Shown piece after piece: positions 47,401 to 61,200 of a stretch of 64,000 bases of DNA. Under the pieces are notes generated by a model, which saw only the letters and a list, made by a program, of their open reading frames with translations, did no database searches and was not told the DNA's origin. The first letter of the stretch is position 1. Each line of letters opens with the position of its first letter. Location of the stretch: positions 124,817-188,816 of the forward strand of contig NW_019217918.1 of NCBI RefSeq assembly GCF_002571385.2, given 5' to 3'. The translations under genes and the position numbers were made by a program. The stretch is from Stylophora pistillata (Eukaryota).

Positions 47401-48930
47401 TTTTCCAGATTATCACGTGCATAACTCTTAAAGCAACCTCGAGACATCCCTACACTAAATGAAAAAAAAAATGGTTTTAAAATACGTGAGTCAAAGCGGA
47501 AAGTTTGAACAAGCGCCTATAAAAAATGTTTGTTGAACTTTGTGTACCAAAAGAAACGATTTTGCCCATCAAGTAAATGTTACGGAGCCTGTTAAGGCTA
47601 ACGTTGTGTTCTCTGAACAGTCTATATGTACTGGACACCGTAAGGCCCTAAACATAGACCACTGTCCGAATTGTTCCGTAGTTTATTTTGGGTGACGTGA
47701 ACATCGTAAATTTAGATGTTTGACATGCTTTAAGCACCCAGGAAAAGCAGTTATGCACGAAATCCTGTGAAAGCTAGTGTAATTCAAATCTACAGACGTG
47801 CTGACAGGTAAATTCGCTCTTTAAACAGCGGTTTCTAAATATTTGAGAAATGCGAAAAGCAGCCTTACTCAGTCCGTAAAAAAAGGCAGAAATACGCTCT
47901 GTTAACATAACAGAACAGGAGAGTACTGCCTAGCCATGATACGTTCAAATGAAATATAAACATTTTGAGTTCACTCGCCTTTACTAAGAACTGTATTTGT
48001 GATTTGCGATGTTCCTCTACGGCTTCGGACGTAAATAGCATCATCTCTATCGGCTTTTGATCTTCAGTTTCGATGACAAAAAGTTAAGATAGCTGTTTGC
48101 CCTTGGGCGCTTAATTATCAAACACTTATCTACTTATTTCGGTTTAAATCACCCCCCAAAAATTTCACATCATACAGTTTCAACGGCTTAACTTTCAATA
48201 CGTAAGCCACAAATCAACGATTTCAACATTTTTTGGCGGGAAATGGAACGTGACAATGATTTTTGGCGGGCTCACTGAAGTTTAACTGTTCAATAGTTAG
48301 CTTTCTTTAACCAACAGCCATATCAAATCTGCAAACACAACTCAACAAAACAGTCCAAATATTGGAACGGGCGTAAAAAACTACCGAACACAACAAGTCA
48401 CGAAGAATTGCTTCCTTAAACATTACAAATATATCTACCAAACGAAAAACGTATTTTTTTGTGGAAAAAACCCAGTGATTTGTTTATTTTAAGAACTGTA
48501 GTTTATCCATTGACAGAAAACAACCCATCTTCCTTGTTCTTCATTGGATTGAACCGAGTTTTAAGCAGCTCGGAGACTTTTTAACGCTACTCACGTCTCA
48601 CGTTGGAAATTCAAAAAGTTTTAGCTGAGTCAAGATTTACTTTGAGTCGTGTCCTTGTTTCTGACTGTTCAAATTTTAACGGTTGTAGTCTCATAAACAT
48701 TCAACAACCAAGAGAATTCTTGTTTACTTTGTCGTTTGTCAGCCCACAAGCTTCTATCGAAATTGCCTCCGGTAAGAACATTTATCACAATTCGGTTTGA
48801 CCGTTGGTCTTTACTCCCAATCTTCCTTGAAGGAAATATAGCAATTTTTGGAAAATTCTCTTCGTCAAAAGGATTCAAATAACAAAAATATAATAAAGAT
48901 ACATTAAAAAATTCCTCAAACTTAGCTTAC

Positions 48931-49090
48931 CTTTGTAAAACTCGAGTTGGCTTCGCAGATCAGTATGTTAATGAAACGAGTTGTTTCTCTTTTGAAAGTC
49001 TTGTTGATGGGAACTGACGGGAATTCTTAACTGCCTTGAAAGTTGTTTAATTACAACTGAGTTTGGGTGTTAGAGACGTCTCTCTTTATA
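48931..49090 (-). promoter_or_regulatory. TATA+Inr core promoter and ATG-less first exon (possible distal FoxA 5' exon)
   Basis: TATAAAG at 49090-49084. Inr TCAGTT with A at 49058 (32 nt spacing). Donor AAG|GTAAGC at 48930. CCAAT at ~49183-49187. Confidence 0.55.
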
Positions 49091-52000
49091 GAGCAGCTCT
49101 TTGTGTATTATGCAGACTTCCTATTTTCTCCGCCAATTAAAATTCACAAGCGCTCTGAGTAAACTTTCTAAGCTCAACAGCGATTGGTTGATAAAAATCG
49201 TATTTTCATGCTAAACATTTCACTTTTCTTGACACTCTGTAAATGTTTGGTTTGTGTCGTCTCTTTTATCCATTGTTTTTTCTCTCAGATTTAGCAGTTT
49301 GGTCGTTTTCCTGACAATGTTTGGCTGTGTCTCTTTGTCATTTATTTGTCACGTAATAATTTTCTCTTTGTCGGCAAAATATTTTTGCTTCAATGAAACA
49401 GTGACATATTTGCGCCCCAAACATATTCAAGTATACTAACAAAGAAAACCGACATCGAATGTTTTCTTCAGATTGCCTAAATGGAGGTTTCTTTCGCTGT
49501 CATTCACTTTACTTCCTACCCGTAGTTTAAAAAAGTTTTCCACAAAATCCTAAATTTTTACTCTATTAAAACTCCACTGAGTGTGAAATCCTAGAAAAAC
49601 TTTTAATTTTAACTCAGCTTAACTTATTTCACGAAATCGTTCTTTCCTATTTCGTTTTAAATGCGTAATATAACGAGTTAGAATTGTGTGACGGTGGTTT
49701 TGTTAAACAAACAGATTTATTAACCGTAGTGGTAGTTTGGGATACGGTGTGACCTTGATACTATTTCATTATTCTTTTCATAAAATCTTTTATGTGTGGT
49801 TACCAAGATGAGGTGAAAGTAAAATGGCTTTTAATGAGTCTCAAGGCACAGGTGAATAGGCGACTAAAAGAACCTTAAATATTCTACTGTGTACTTGGGA
49901 AAAATGAGAATATAAGTAAAATTTGGTTAAGGAAAGTCCGTTCCGATTTTAAGCCGATACAACGTGTCTGTTTGTTTGCACAAATCAGAGTCTTTTTTGA
50001 CGACTTGAGTGACAACTCGACAAACGGGTGAGAGACATGTCGAAATGAACCTCAAAAATTTTCATTATCGCAGATTTCATCAATTTATCTCGCAACTTTT
50101 CCTAACCGTTGCTCTTAGAGATATTTTTGTCTCCAAGTTCATTCTCTTTTTTTTAATTAACTAACAAAGCGAGGAGAATTTTCACGCCAAGGCGTGTTAA
50201 CTGCCTAAAATTTACCTAAAGTGAAACACAATTTTGTTTCATTTACGTATAAATCTTACTAGCCTGTTGGTAATTTTACCAGTTAGGTAAAATTATTAAT
50301 TATATGAGGTCGTGAAAGCAATATATTTTGTTATTGACAGCTTCGTAAAGAACCAGGAACCCAAATCATTTGGAGTTTAGTTTTTAGCGAGCATTTAATG
50401 AAAACTCGGTGAAGACTTTTTTCAATCAATGACCGTCTAGCTCGTGCTTCTAAGGCGTGCTGTGTTATCTCTATTCGCCGCGTGGCGAGACAAAAACGCG
50501 TGTTCGGCATTAATCGTCTTTAACACCTGCTAAGAACAGCTTAGCGATAACCTTGCCTTGAAGAGATACAAGTTATAACTAATTACTACTTTGCATGAAG
50601 CGACGTCGCTGAACAGGAAAACATCTTGGTAAGAATACGTTGAGTCAACGCAACAAAGATGTCGCTAAAACTTAAGAATCTTTTTCCTCCCACCGAGTTG
50701 AGCAAGCATTGACTCTTTAACAAAACATTGTGCCAGCCTGGAAAATTTTAGCCGAGATAGATTAAACTCAGCAGCTTTGTTTCTCACACCGTTTTACATT
50801 TTTTTACGTTTTTGTTATTAGTGCCTCAGCCAAGTCATTATCATTCCTCCTTGTTCGTCTCAAACAAAGGCGTGTTTACACAGCCTTTCACTTGAAAAGA
50901 CGCTCGGCGGCTAATACTTTCGCAGTCGCCTGTAGTAACGACCTTTTCTGACTCAGTAACATGAGAATTTGCTTGAAAAGAACAGCTTGTACCTTAGCAC
51001 GCGTAATATTGCCTCTAACGCAGTTGTGAAGCTCGTGAAAATAAATAAGTCTTTTACATTTTAAATTATAAAGCCTAATCGGCTCTATACTGTTAGGCGA
51101 AAAATTTAAAGAAAACTTAAGTTTATAAAAAGCATGGCAGAAGAGGAAATAAGGTAACACCTAGTCAAGCTAATTTTAGCGGTCTTGAATAACTGCTGCA
51201 CAATTTTGATCAAATTTTCCACGTGTAGGTGGGTAACCCTGTTAAGAATAATGTGAGAGGAATGATTTCAAGTCACGTTTTAAGCAAGAAGAAAGGAACA
51301 GCTACAGAAAGGAAAAATGTTCGATAAACTAGTTCCTTTGTACCTTAATCTAAGTTTAATACATGAAGTCACTAATACGGTAGTAATTTCACCGGGATTT
51401 AAAGACTTCGGTGTTACTTGTTGGAAAAAAAAAACTGAAGGAGTTTACGGACATTCCCTCTCAAAACAACAAGAACGAATGAGTAGGCGGTATTGAAAAT
51501 GCCAAGATAAAATGACAAATCTACCATAAGTTCAACCTGTAATTCGTGAGACCTTTTAAAATAAGGGAGCCGTAAGTCATGTTCCTCTCCACACGTTTAA
51601 ATTACGTGACAGAGAAATCGATCTCCAACTTGAAATTCAGCATTCAAAAACGCACTTCTTTCTTAACCAAATAGAGAGGATTTCAGCAGGTGTAAAATTC
51701 ATTTGAATCCTACGTACGCACTCAATCTAGAAACATGAACTTCGGTAACCTTGCTCCTTCAAGGCACATTTAATATTCCGAACAATTTCGAGATGAATCA
51801 GTGACTGAACATGAACCCAATTTTTTAATATTCTACAGAAAGTTTACAGAATCTATATAAATAGCCTTGCAAACACAACATAAATTGCCAAACGTTTACC
51901 TATTCTTTCAGATATAGAAAACAGGAGTGTATTTTCGTTATTCTTTGACAAACAGGAAGAAACAATATCAGTTGAAACAGAGAAAAAAATATAGAAAGGA

Positions 52001-52991
52001 CCCTTACTCCGAAGTTGGCATCACATTTAAGACCCAATAAAAACGAAGCACTTTTAACACAGGAGGAAAGATAATTTTGGGGTTTCAGTTAATATGAAGA
52101 TTCTTTGATCTTCAGACGACCGTGATTAGCTGTTTCCTTAGCTTTCTTCGCAAAGCTTACCTAATTAAAGTTTAATTGTGCTTAAATTACGCCAACATCA
52201 AAACTGTATCAAGCTTCTCATTATTGTTCGAAAAAAAAAGTGTTGCTTGGCAAGTGCCTCACTTTTCCTAATTTTTTTTCGGCGAAAGTGAATCGTTACA
52301 GTTTGGTCTGCTTTTGGAAATGTGTAGCTATAAGGCTCACTGGTCATCATAAGGTTTCCAAACATTTTCACCATGAACGCAGTGGCATCTTCGACGAACT
52401 GAATAGATCAGTCACACATCACTAGATATTGTGGAGAAACATACAATCTTGGCAAGAAGGATAATGATCTTTGGCAAATGTTGATATTTGAAATAACCAA
52501 TTAATCATGTGAGTACACTGAACTAAAGCCACAGGTCTTCGTTTTCTGTCAAAGGAAGCCTTTTGCAAGAATACTTTCGCAAATGTTTATTCCAAAGTCA
52601 CAGAACTCATTATCGCTGGAGATCTAAAAATTAGCCAAAATTAAGGGTCATCGACATCCGCTCTCGCCGAACAAAAATGTTTTAAATCTTGTTAAATAAT
52701 CTCTGTACTTAAATGGAGAGTAAAGATAACAGAATTTTCGCTAAAATAGCTCAAATAAGGTCTTTAACATCTTATATCGCGGCTTCTTATGTTCTTTTAA
52801 GTGGACAACGAAAGAAAATAAATCCAAATGAAGGCAATTAAAAAACAACATACATTACTTTGTGACAAAAAACGGAAAAGACTCAACATATTAGGTTTGA
52901 ACTCCAGCTACAGGATCACCATGGTTCACATCACAGAAATCAGAAAAATGCTCTCGAGTTAAACAAGAAAACTGAACTAAATGGTTTAACC

Positions 52992-53143
52992 TTTAATTGA
53001 TTGTAAACTGCATAGCAGTCTGGTAAAGTTCCCTGCACAGTGTTGTAAAGCGCCATGAGCTCAGGATATGACCGCTATATAAATAAAAGTTATTATTATC
53101 ATTATTATTATTATTATTGTTATTATTATTGTTGTTATTATTA
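52992..53143 (+). mobile_element. SINE/L2 3'-end fragment with (TTA)n tail
   Basis: TTGTAAACTGC...GCAGTCTGG...GCACAGTGTTGTAAAGCGC...CGCTATATAAATAAA plus (TTA)n. Homologous to 21230-21339. Confidence 0.7.
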
Positions 53144-54099
53144 ACGTAATCATGCTACAGCCGCATCTCAAACTATGACGGTCTATGCCTGACTTTTAGC
53201 CAAAACAAAAATTAACATTTTAAACTTCAACTCTTTATTGAGAGAATTTTCTAATCGCCCAAAAATCTAGCTAACTGAGATTGAGTGCATTGAATTTCAG
53301 AATACATAAACACCTTTGAGCACAAATTAGGACTGTATCCCAATATTTTCATTTTCCAAACTCAAAGATCAATTAAGATCACACGGTCTGTATGGACTAA
53401 CAACAGTGGCGTACTTGCTTCAAAACTGAAAATTCTCTAAACACACGAAGAGAAAATTTTTCTTGAGGGGATTTGCAAAAATTCTGCTATATTTATAATA
53501 TTTCACCCAGCTATTGATCTATTAAAAAAAAGAGCAAGGTCGTGATTTCCAACTGCATAATTTTCCCACACTCAAGGCCCTGTACCGAGCTTAGAAACCT
53601 TAGTCACAAAGAAGCTACCGCAGCAGGATTTCAAACAGTCTCGACTAACATTCCCTTAAGTTAGGCAAAAGATTGCTTGAATCTTTTCGTAATTCCGTTC
53701 GCTTTTTATTTGCAATATCTAGCAAATCTGAATTATACACAGAGAGAATAGCCAACGAGTACATCTATTTGTACGAGAATCCAAAGTAAGGAGCTGTTAA
53801 AATCAGAGAGGAATTCATCCAGAGGATGTGCAATAGCCAAGAGAATTAAAACTTATAATCTCTTGAAACAGATAGCTCACTCAAGAAAGAAAAATTTGAG
53901 AATTTTAACTTTGATCAAAGTTTACCTTAAGTAAATAAATACTAAAGAACTTTGTATTTTGACCTCTTCGCTATCTTTTTCATTTAACAGTTTATTAATT
54001 TCTGGAAAATCAATTCCCTTGTAGTTTAAATAGCAAACACAATTCTCAGTAGTTACTCGACAATTAACATGCAAACAATAATGTGGTAAATAGATCAAC

Positions 54100-54255
54100 T
54101 GTAATTAAATTTGACTAGTGTAACTGTATTGTTATATATGTATTGTAAGTAGTGTAAGTTAATGTAGTTTAAACATGGTGTAAAAAGTAATTATAGTGTA
54201 AGTACATGTGTAAGTGTAATAAACAATGCTGTATTAAAAAAAAAAAAAAAAAAAA
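54100..54255 (+). mobile_element. Retroposed 3' end with AATAAA and a poly(A) tail (LINE 3'UTR-like)
   Basis: TGTAAG-rich tract, then AATAAA, then ~20 A. Confidence 0.5.
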
Positions 54256-54334
54256 TAGTATTTTGTTTGGCACCGCTCCAAAGCAAAGCTCCCGAGAGTA
54301 TTTTAAACAATACATCACACCCCTAAGAGTGTTN

Positions 54335-54488
54335 CCCCTAACCCTGCAGGAGACGGGACCTCCATTTATTCGTCCCTATCCGAGAAGACTAGAATATCTA
54401 ACCATTTCTTGATGTTATAGAAAGGCAGCATATTCTTCTCAATTATTTTAAGACCCTGAGTGTTGGTCCGGCCGGGGCCGGACCAACA
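54335..54488 (-). mobile_element. Internal fragment of the same SINE family as 7965-8396
   Basis: Reverse complement of ~8035-8175 with few mismatches; ends in the palindrome TGTTGGTCCGGCC-GG-GGCCGGACCAACA. Confidence 0.88.
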
Positions 54489-57400
54489 AAGAGATTTGAT
54501 TTTGGTGCTGCATCAGATAAAACTTTTCTCCACAGTTTAATGTTTATTGGTTTTACCCCTGGCCCCGTGTTATAAAGGGGTGTATTATGCATGTATACAT
54601 GTACCATGTCACCCTCAAAATGTATTGCTCTGCTCAACAAAACTGTGAACACTGCACATTAAATTACTGGGACATGGTGGACAAACTATCAAACCTTGGC
54701 GAGGTCATGTCATAGTAGTCTTTTACTACAACCTCGAGACCCAAATAAGTTAAAACGATTAGATATCCACATTTCAGTTTTGTTATTGAAGAAGAATATA
54801 GCTGCATGATGGCAATAAAAAGCCATTATTCGGAGCAGTTCTTTGTGGAATATTTAGAATGAGATCCAAACTGAAATGACTCTAAAAAACTCAAGCAAGA
54901 TTGATGCGCTTCCAACATAATAGAAAAACATGTGTGACATGTTTCGATGTATCATGAGTGAGACTGCACATCATTCTGCCGATGCTGTTTCGTGTCGAAG
55001 AAGACAACTTTAAAAAGGTGTCAGACTCAAAATTATCTTAAGTCTTGCTCGAGATTTAAGTTTAGGGCTATGGCAAGTATGGGGCTATTGCAAGTTTGGG
55101 GCTATTGCAATCACATATTACCGGTTTCCCTACATTGACATCTTCACACACTTCTCTAAACAATGCCAAACAGTAACCCTTGCGGACTTGAAAAACCCTC
55201 CAAAATAAGGTTCATTCAGCAAGAATATAGAGCCTAAATCAGGACCGTAAACTCTGAGAGTCCTTTTAAACATGAATACCGAAAACGCATAAGAAATGGA
55301 CAATAATTAGTCATGGAATAACACCAATTTATCACCGACAATAAGCAACAACTTCTGCTATAGGGATGGGGTGGTCATCAGGTCCACTCTCTGTGAGGTA
55401 ACTTTGCTGATTTGCCTCGATGCGCGAATTTGTGTTCATTGCTTCATGCGCCTTAAGTAAACACATGAGCTAGTCTTCGCTTAAATCAGTGAGTATTCTC
55501 AAATATCTAAATTGTCAACTTGTCGAACCATAAAACAAATATTTGGCTTTCAGATTTTATGCTCTCGTGGTTCAATTGGAAACTATGGAACGTTTGATTT
55601 GAAAAGCGACAAAGACGTAGCAACCATTGATACATTTATGGCCATGCGAGTTAAAAAGCGAATTCGAGTGATCAAGGAGCAAGGCATTTTGGTCTCTCAT
55701 TTAGTAAATCGCCAAATATTTATGTTTTCATTTCTAAACTGTAGGGTAAACAAAGACGTATCTACGATAATTCAAGCATTACCGGTTCAAAATAATGTTC
55801 GCGATCTAAGATGGAAACAAACTTCCACTAACCTCAAAAATTAAAGTGAGTCCGAGCTTTGCCTTTGTGTCGTTTTCTGAAAATCGTTCACTGAACTATA
55901 GATAGTTTGTAAAATCGCTCATTAGCTAAGTGTGAGCGCCGCACCAACTCTTGAGGGCTATTTGCTCTTTTGTTCGGGGAAAGTCAACAAACATTAAGCC
56001 TATTAAGTCCTTCCGTCACGGTCGAGATCTTCACAAAGTGTTTCTTCTCGACGAGTTTTCAGATTCACATGACAAGTTCTGAGCAGAACTGATGTTCACT
56101 AATTACGTCTTTACGGCCAAGCCATGAAAACTGACACACAGCTTTAATTTCTTTTTCCCCCGTCATTCTAGCCTCAATGGATTGGGCGGAGAAACAAAAC
56201 AAAAGATAGGCGATTTTAATCACTGTTGAATATTTAAAACTTCACCAGTAACCTGTCAGGACTTTCAAAGACCCCATCTGTCCGGATAATGACAATTTTT
56301 CGAGCTTTCGGTGAACCATTCTTTCTCTTGGCGCACGAGATGACTAGCGGGTAGAAAACTGGTCATAGATTGTGAAAGAAGATAACAAACTCGGTAAAGC
56401 AGGTGACAACTCAATCGCAGCAAAGCTCAGTTAAACATGTGAAATGGTACTTCATTCGCAGGTTTTTACTTTCATTGTTCCCTTTATAGCTTTTTGAAAA
56501 TGAAAAGGAAACATCGGGTGCGAAAATTCTATTGCTACCATATCGTAACCTCAAGCGACAGCTCTAAACCACATCAGTGAAGCAGATTTTCTCAGACAAA
56601 CTTACTTCATAAACAGTGCATTGAACCCTCAATAAAACGTCCCGTGTCTTTCCTGTGTTTTTAGTGGGAAAAAGATCTATTTCTAGAGTTGAAAATAAAC
56701 ATGTAAACTAACTCTGCCAAAGTCAATAAAATCTGAATGATAACACGAGTAAACAGTGAGCTGTCGAAAACAGTGGGGAAAAAATAAATATTGGGCTGAC
56801 TTGAACAGCACTCTTGCAAAGTAAACACTCTGCGTGTAATTAGTCCTGATAAAAAAAAAAATGGAATATATCGGGTGAGTTATCCTGTACACAACTACAT
56901 CGGGGTAATACAATTAATTTCTACAGTCCGTAATTTTTCTTTGTTTTTGTAACATTTCAACCCAAGACAAAGGTTTTTTGTGGGATGTACTCATCTTTTA
57001 CACCAAACCCCCAAAGCGAATATCATTTCCTACCATGCAGTTTCTTTGGCGCAATTTGTTTGCGATCACCCAACCGGCATGCACCCATTTATTTACGAAA
57101 ATGCAAGACTTTTCAAACATGTCAAGCAAATATTTTTTTCTTGAGCAATATGCTAAATATGAATATTTGGACTTATTTCAAAAGAAATTTTTCATTTTTA
57201 TCCTTAATTCAATATACTTAGTGAAGGAAGTTTATATAACTTTCACGACGCAAACCCCCAGGGAAAACTTAACTGCCAACTTAACTTTTCAAGGTCATCG
57301 AGTAAATTTTCAACAACAGAATAAACAGTTGTTCAAGAACACAAAATGCTGCTTTTCAATCTGGCGTTTCCATATAGCAGTTTGGAACATTCATTAAATT

Positions 57401-58023
57401 TCCATTCTGGACATAAACGAAAAACTCGTGGATAAAAAGAGAGCGGCTCGTAACATTAAACGCGCAGACGTTTCGCCAAATGACCGAGAAATATCCCACG
57501 AGACTACCTGCAGCACCGGCATCTGCACGCGCTACTACCCGGTTGACGAGATTGCTTCAACTAGTTCCACCTGCTGCCAAAATTTGTCTTTTGTGTTTGC
57601 CTTCTTTCAACTTACCTAAAGAACAGATGATTTGTGCTTTAAACCCAACCTGCTGTCAGATCGTGTTTCTTGGGGCTGCTGTGTATCAAAACGTGTTTTA
57701 AGATGCGTCGCACAAAAATGTCCCTCAACCAAGTCACGAGGAAGATTTTCCTACAGACAAATCGATGAATGAGATGCTTGTTAGCTTAACGTATCCGACA
57801 CATTGAAGACTCACCTCATTAAGAAAAATCTCTTCACTGCTTTTGAATCATCAAATAAGTCGTCAGCAGAACGTGACTGGTGCATGAATATTGCGAAACA
57901 ACAGCACCCTTGATTAACCCAGACATATGTTGAAACAAAAAACAATTACGATATGCGGAGGTCGGAAATGTTCAAATATTTGTCTATATTGATTTTTTAA
58001 TATTCCTATGCCTATGAACATTA

Positions 58024-58255
58024 TCTTTATTGCCGCTTTGCGGCAATAAAGAGAGGGGAGGGGAATAAAGGGAGGGGAAGGAAAAGTATTTTTTCCTTCC
58101 CCTCCCTCTCCCCCGTTGCCCATTTTTCCACTTAACACCAACACCCTCAGCAAATATTTCCTCGCCCCAATCCTCCACAGTTACCAAATCTAAGGTGGCG
58201 GCCTAATACGAAAATGTGCACTCGTGCGCCCAAAATACGCCGGCACTGCAGGCTA
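58024..58255. mobile_element. Non-autonomous DNA element fragment with a TAGCCTGCAG-type end
   Basis: Perfect hairpin TCTTTATTGCCGC-TTT-GCGGCAATAAAGA (58024-58052), purine and pyrimidine tracts, terminal GCACTGCAGGCTA. Confidence 0.55.
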
Positions 58256-61200
58256 CAGCTATATCTAAGATATCGGTAAACAGTGAATTATTTGTCGCAC
58301 GAACACCATTTGTTTAGCTTTCGTAAACCACGAGAGTGTTAATAGATCTTGTTTCAACACAGACGCTCTGCTCAAAGATACGTTATTTAGCCTTTTCTTT
58401 CCTTTAAATGAGGCTTGTCTTTCCAAGTAAACAAAGTTAATTTTTGGTGTAATCTTCCTGTACATACAACTCCCACGTAATTACATAGCAATTTCAAATA
58501 AATGACCCCTTGAGCAACGGTCTAAAAACAGCTAAATAATCAAAATGATTTAAACCGGCTCACGTATGATAATTTTTATGTGAGAAACCCTTAAAATAAC
58601 CAACATCCCGCAATTTTAAGGTAAAATGCATGTATCATTTTATATTTGTGTAGGAGTCTTCTTTCTCGAAAACAGACTTCCGAAAACAAACACGATTTTC
58701 ACAATTCTTTTCCAACGAGAGACCTTAGCATTTAGGTGAAATCTTTCCTCGGTCGCTTTAAGTTTATATTCAAATTCACTGAAAATATGAGATTTTAGCG
58801 AACGGCATAAACGATTCAACGGAGTATTGATACTCTCATCAAGGAAACTTTTAGTCAGCAGATTGGAAATTTCCAATCGGTCCGGCGCAGTGAATAGTAC
58901 GACGAAACATTAAGAGAAACGGTCATTTCAATGTGGGTATTCCATATTGTTGAAGCAAGCAAACACAATGAAATTGGGAAAATGGGAGAAGAAGACTTTA
59001 TTTTATTGCCATATGTTCACCAGTTATCATCTGGGCGTCCTTTTCCGATCGCAAGGACAATACCTTGCATTCTAAGCAATAACGAAAAACGTCAGGGAAA
59101 ATAAATCAGTGATTATCTTGAAGAGTGTCTTGTTTAAGTGTTTCGCAGCCTCGAGGTAAGCACAAAACGGTTAAGACATCCAAGTTTTACGCTTAAATTC
59201 AAACCATTAAATGCCATTTTCATCCATATTCCTTGGACTGTTTTGAATAGGCAATATAACAGTATATGATGTAATGTAGTCCCCCGGTCTATGAGTAACA
59301 ATGTTTGACCAATCTTGTCTCTTATTTATTTATTTACTAAATATTTATTTATCGGTCGTGACCTGCATCATATTTACTTTAACTTGCAAGTATTTCATTT
59401 GCAGTAAACAGACACAAGATCAGGAATAGAGAAGTGATTCAATCATATAAAACAATTAAGAAAGAACAAAGCTCCTTGGGGAGGAACAGAAATCCCATCA
59501 AATTAAAATTGATGATATCAATACGAACAAGAAAACAACCATGTAGTTAAAAATTAGAATTCTTGACTAAATTAGCCTTTCCCCACAATTTTGTGGGTGC
59601 TTTTCACACGATTTAGCCCTATGCCTTCCTATTCAACAATTTTCCTTGTAAAAATGCTAAATTGGCGCTTCAAAATTTTCCGCGACAATGTGCAACTCCC
59701 GAAATCGTGAAATCAACGTGTCACTAACGTTTTATGTATTCACTGGATTCCCATTGGTGTTTTTTTTTTCTTCTTTTAAAGAGATGTTAAAATACGAACA
59801 TCGATTCAAACGTTTATCCTGTTTAAGACACAAGAACATTCTTGGAAAATCGCCATCGCACAGGTCGTCGGTTTCTCAAGAAGTTAAAGTTAGAAAAATT
59901 ATTTATTTGTTCCGGCAAATGAATGAGGCTGCTTTTACCAGTAAAAAGTGTTTGTTATCAATTATTTTGCTCTAGGAGTGTTACTACCAGTATTATGTTA
60001 ACAGTTTACAGTAATATTTAATGGTAAAGACAGAAAAATACCACATGCCTCACTGTACAGTATAGTACTTTGAGCAAATTTATTTCTTTAGGCAAATGAT
60101 AGCTCTTCCATAGATAAATTATTCCATTGTGTCTGTATTTTGTTGAAAACTCAAGAAATCTATGTCTCGTTCATTTCATAATGCATTCCTTTAGAAAGTC
60201 AATTATGTCCACCGTTAAAGTAATTGCCATAAGACTGATTCACTTCCATACTGTCTGTTAAGTCTTAAAATTGCCACGTTTTTAATATACCGTAGTCTCG
60301 AAACGAAAACAACCCAAAACTAAGCAGACATCAAATTGTATTCATTTCGTGGGTAATTAAAACCAGAAATTTGACCGAGATCCCAGCAGTTTTCTCCACT
60401 CACAACTGACCGAGTCATTGTGTTTAAGAATATGAAGAAGTGGAAACTATTACTTTAACGTAAAACAGATAAAAACAATATCCTGTGTTTTGAATACACT
60501 TCACGGGAATAATTTGAATCTAATTGTTTGCCTTTCTATAAAAATTCTTGTCAGTTTCTCTTCCTGCGGGTACCTAATAATCCTTTCTGCCCTTTTTAAT
60601 TTTGAAAACAAAGGCAGTTTAAACTGCCCTATACAGTGTTTTTTCCTTCTTTAATAATCCATTACCGATTCCATTTCCTTCATGAATTATACTAACAATT
60701 AGCCAAGGTTTGCGAGAGAGACTTATGGTGCGGCGCTCTTTGGTTCCAAATATTAATTATAGAAAACAAACGAAACGTTTTACAAAGTCCACAAGTCATT
60801 TTTCTCTCCTGCGGCTACTAAAAATCAATTTGACAAGTTTTCCAGCATTAATTCCAACACGATTTGACCGCTGAGGCAAGACTAATTATTAAAAGGTCAA
60901 TCTGGTAACAAGAGAAAAACTCCATGTATTTTCGGTGCCGATAGATGTCTTCAGTTAATTTGACAAATGGCGCCAAAATATCGAGCGGCGATCGGTAAAG
61001 AAAGTCATCCTTGTGAAGAAATTCATGATCACGAAATATAACAACTTAAGACAAAATCTTATATTTTAATTGTGACCCTTTACAATTTCTTGTGCCTTTA
61101 ACTTTGAATTGAAATACGAAGCACCGAAGCTAAGCTGTCCATTTTTTCCATTTTAATCTCCTATGAATTTGAAAACCATTCTTGAAAAAGAAAAAAAACC

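Noticed and set aside
55065-55110. 17-bp tandem repeat (GGGCTATTGCAAGT..) x~2.7
   Set aside because: Ordinary minisatellite with no associated structure.
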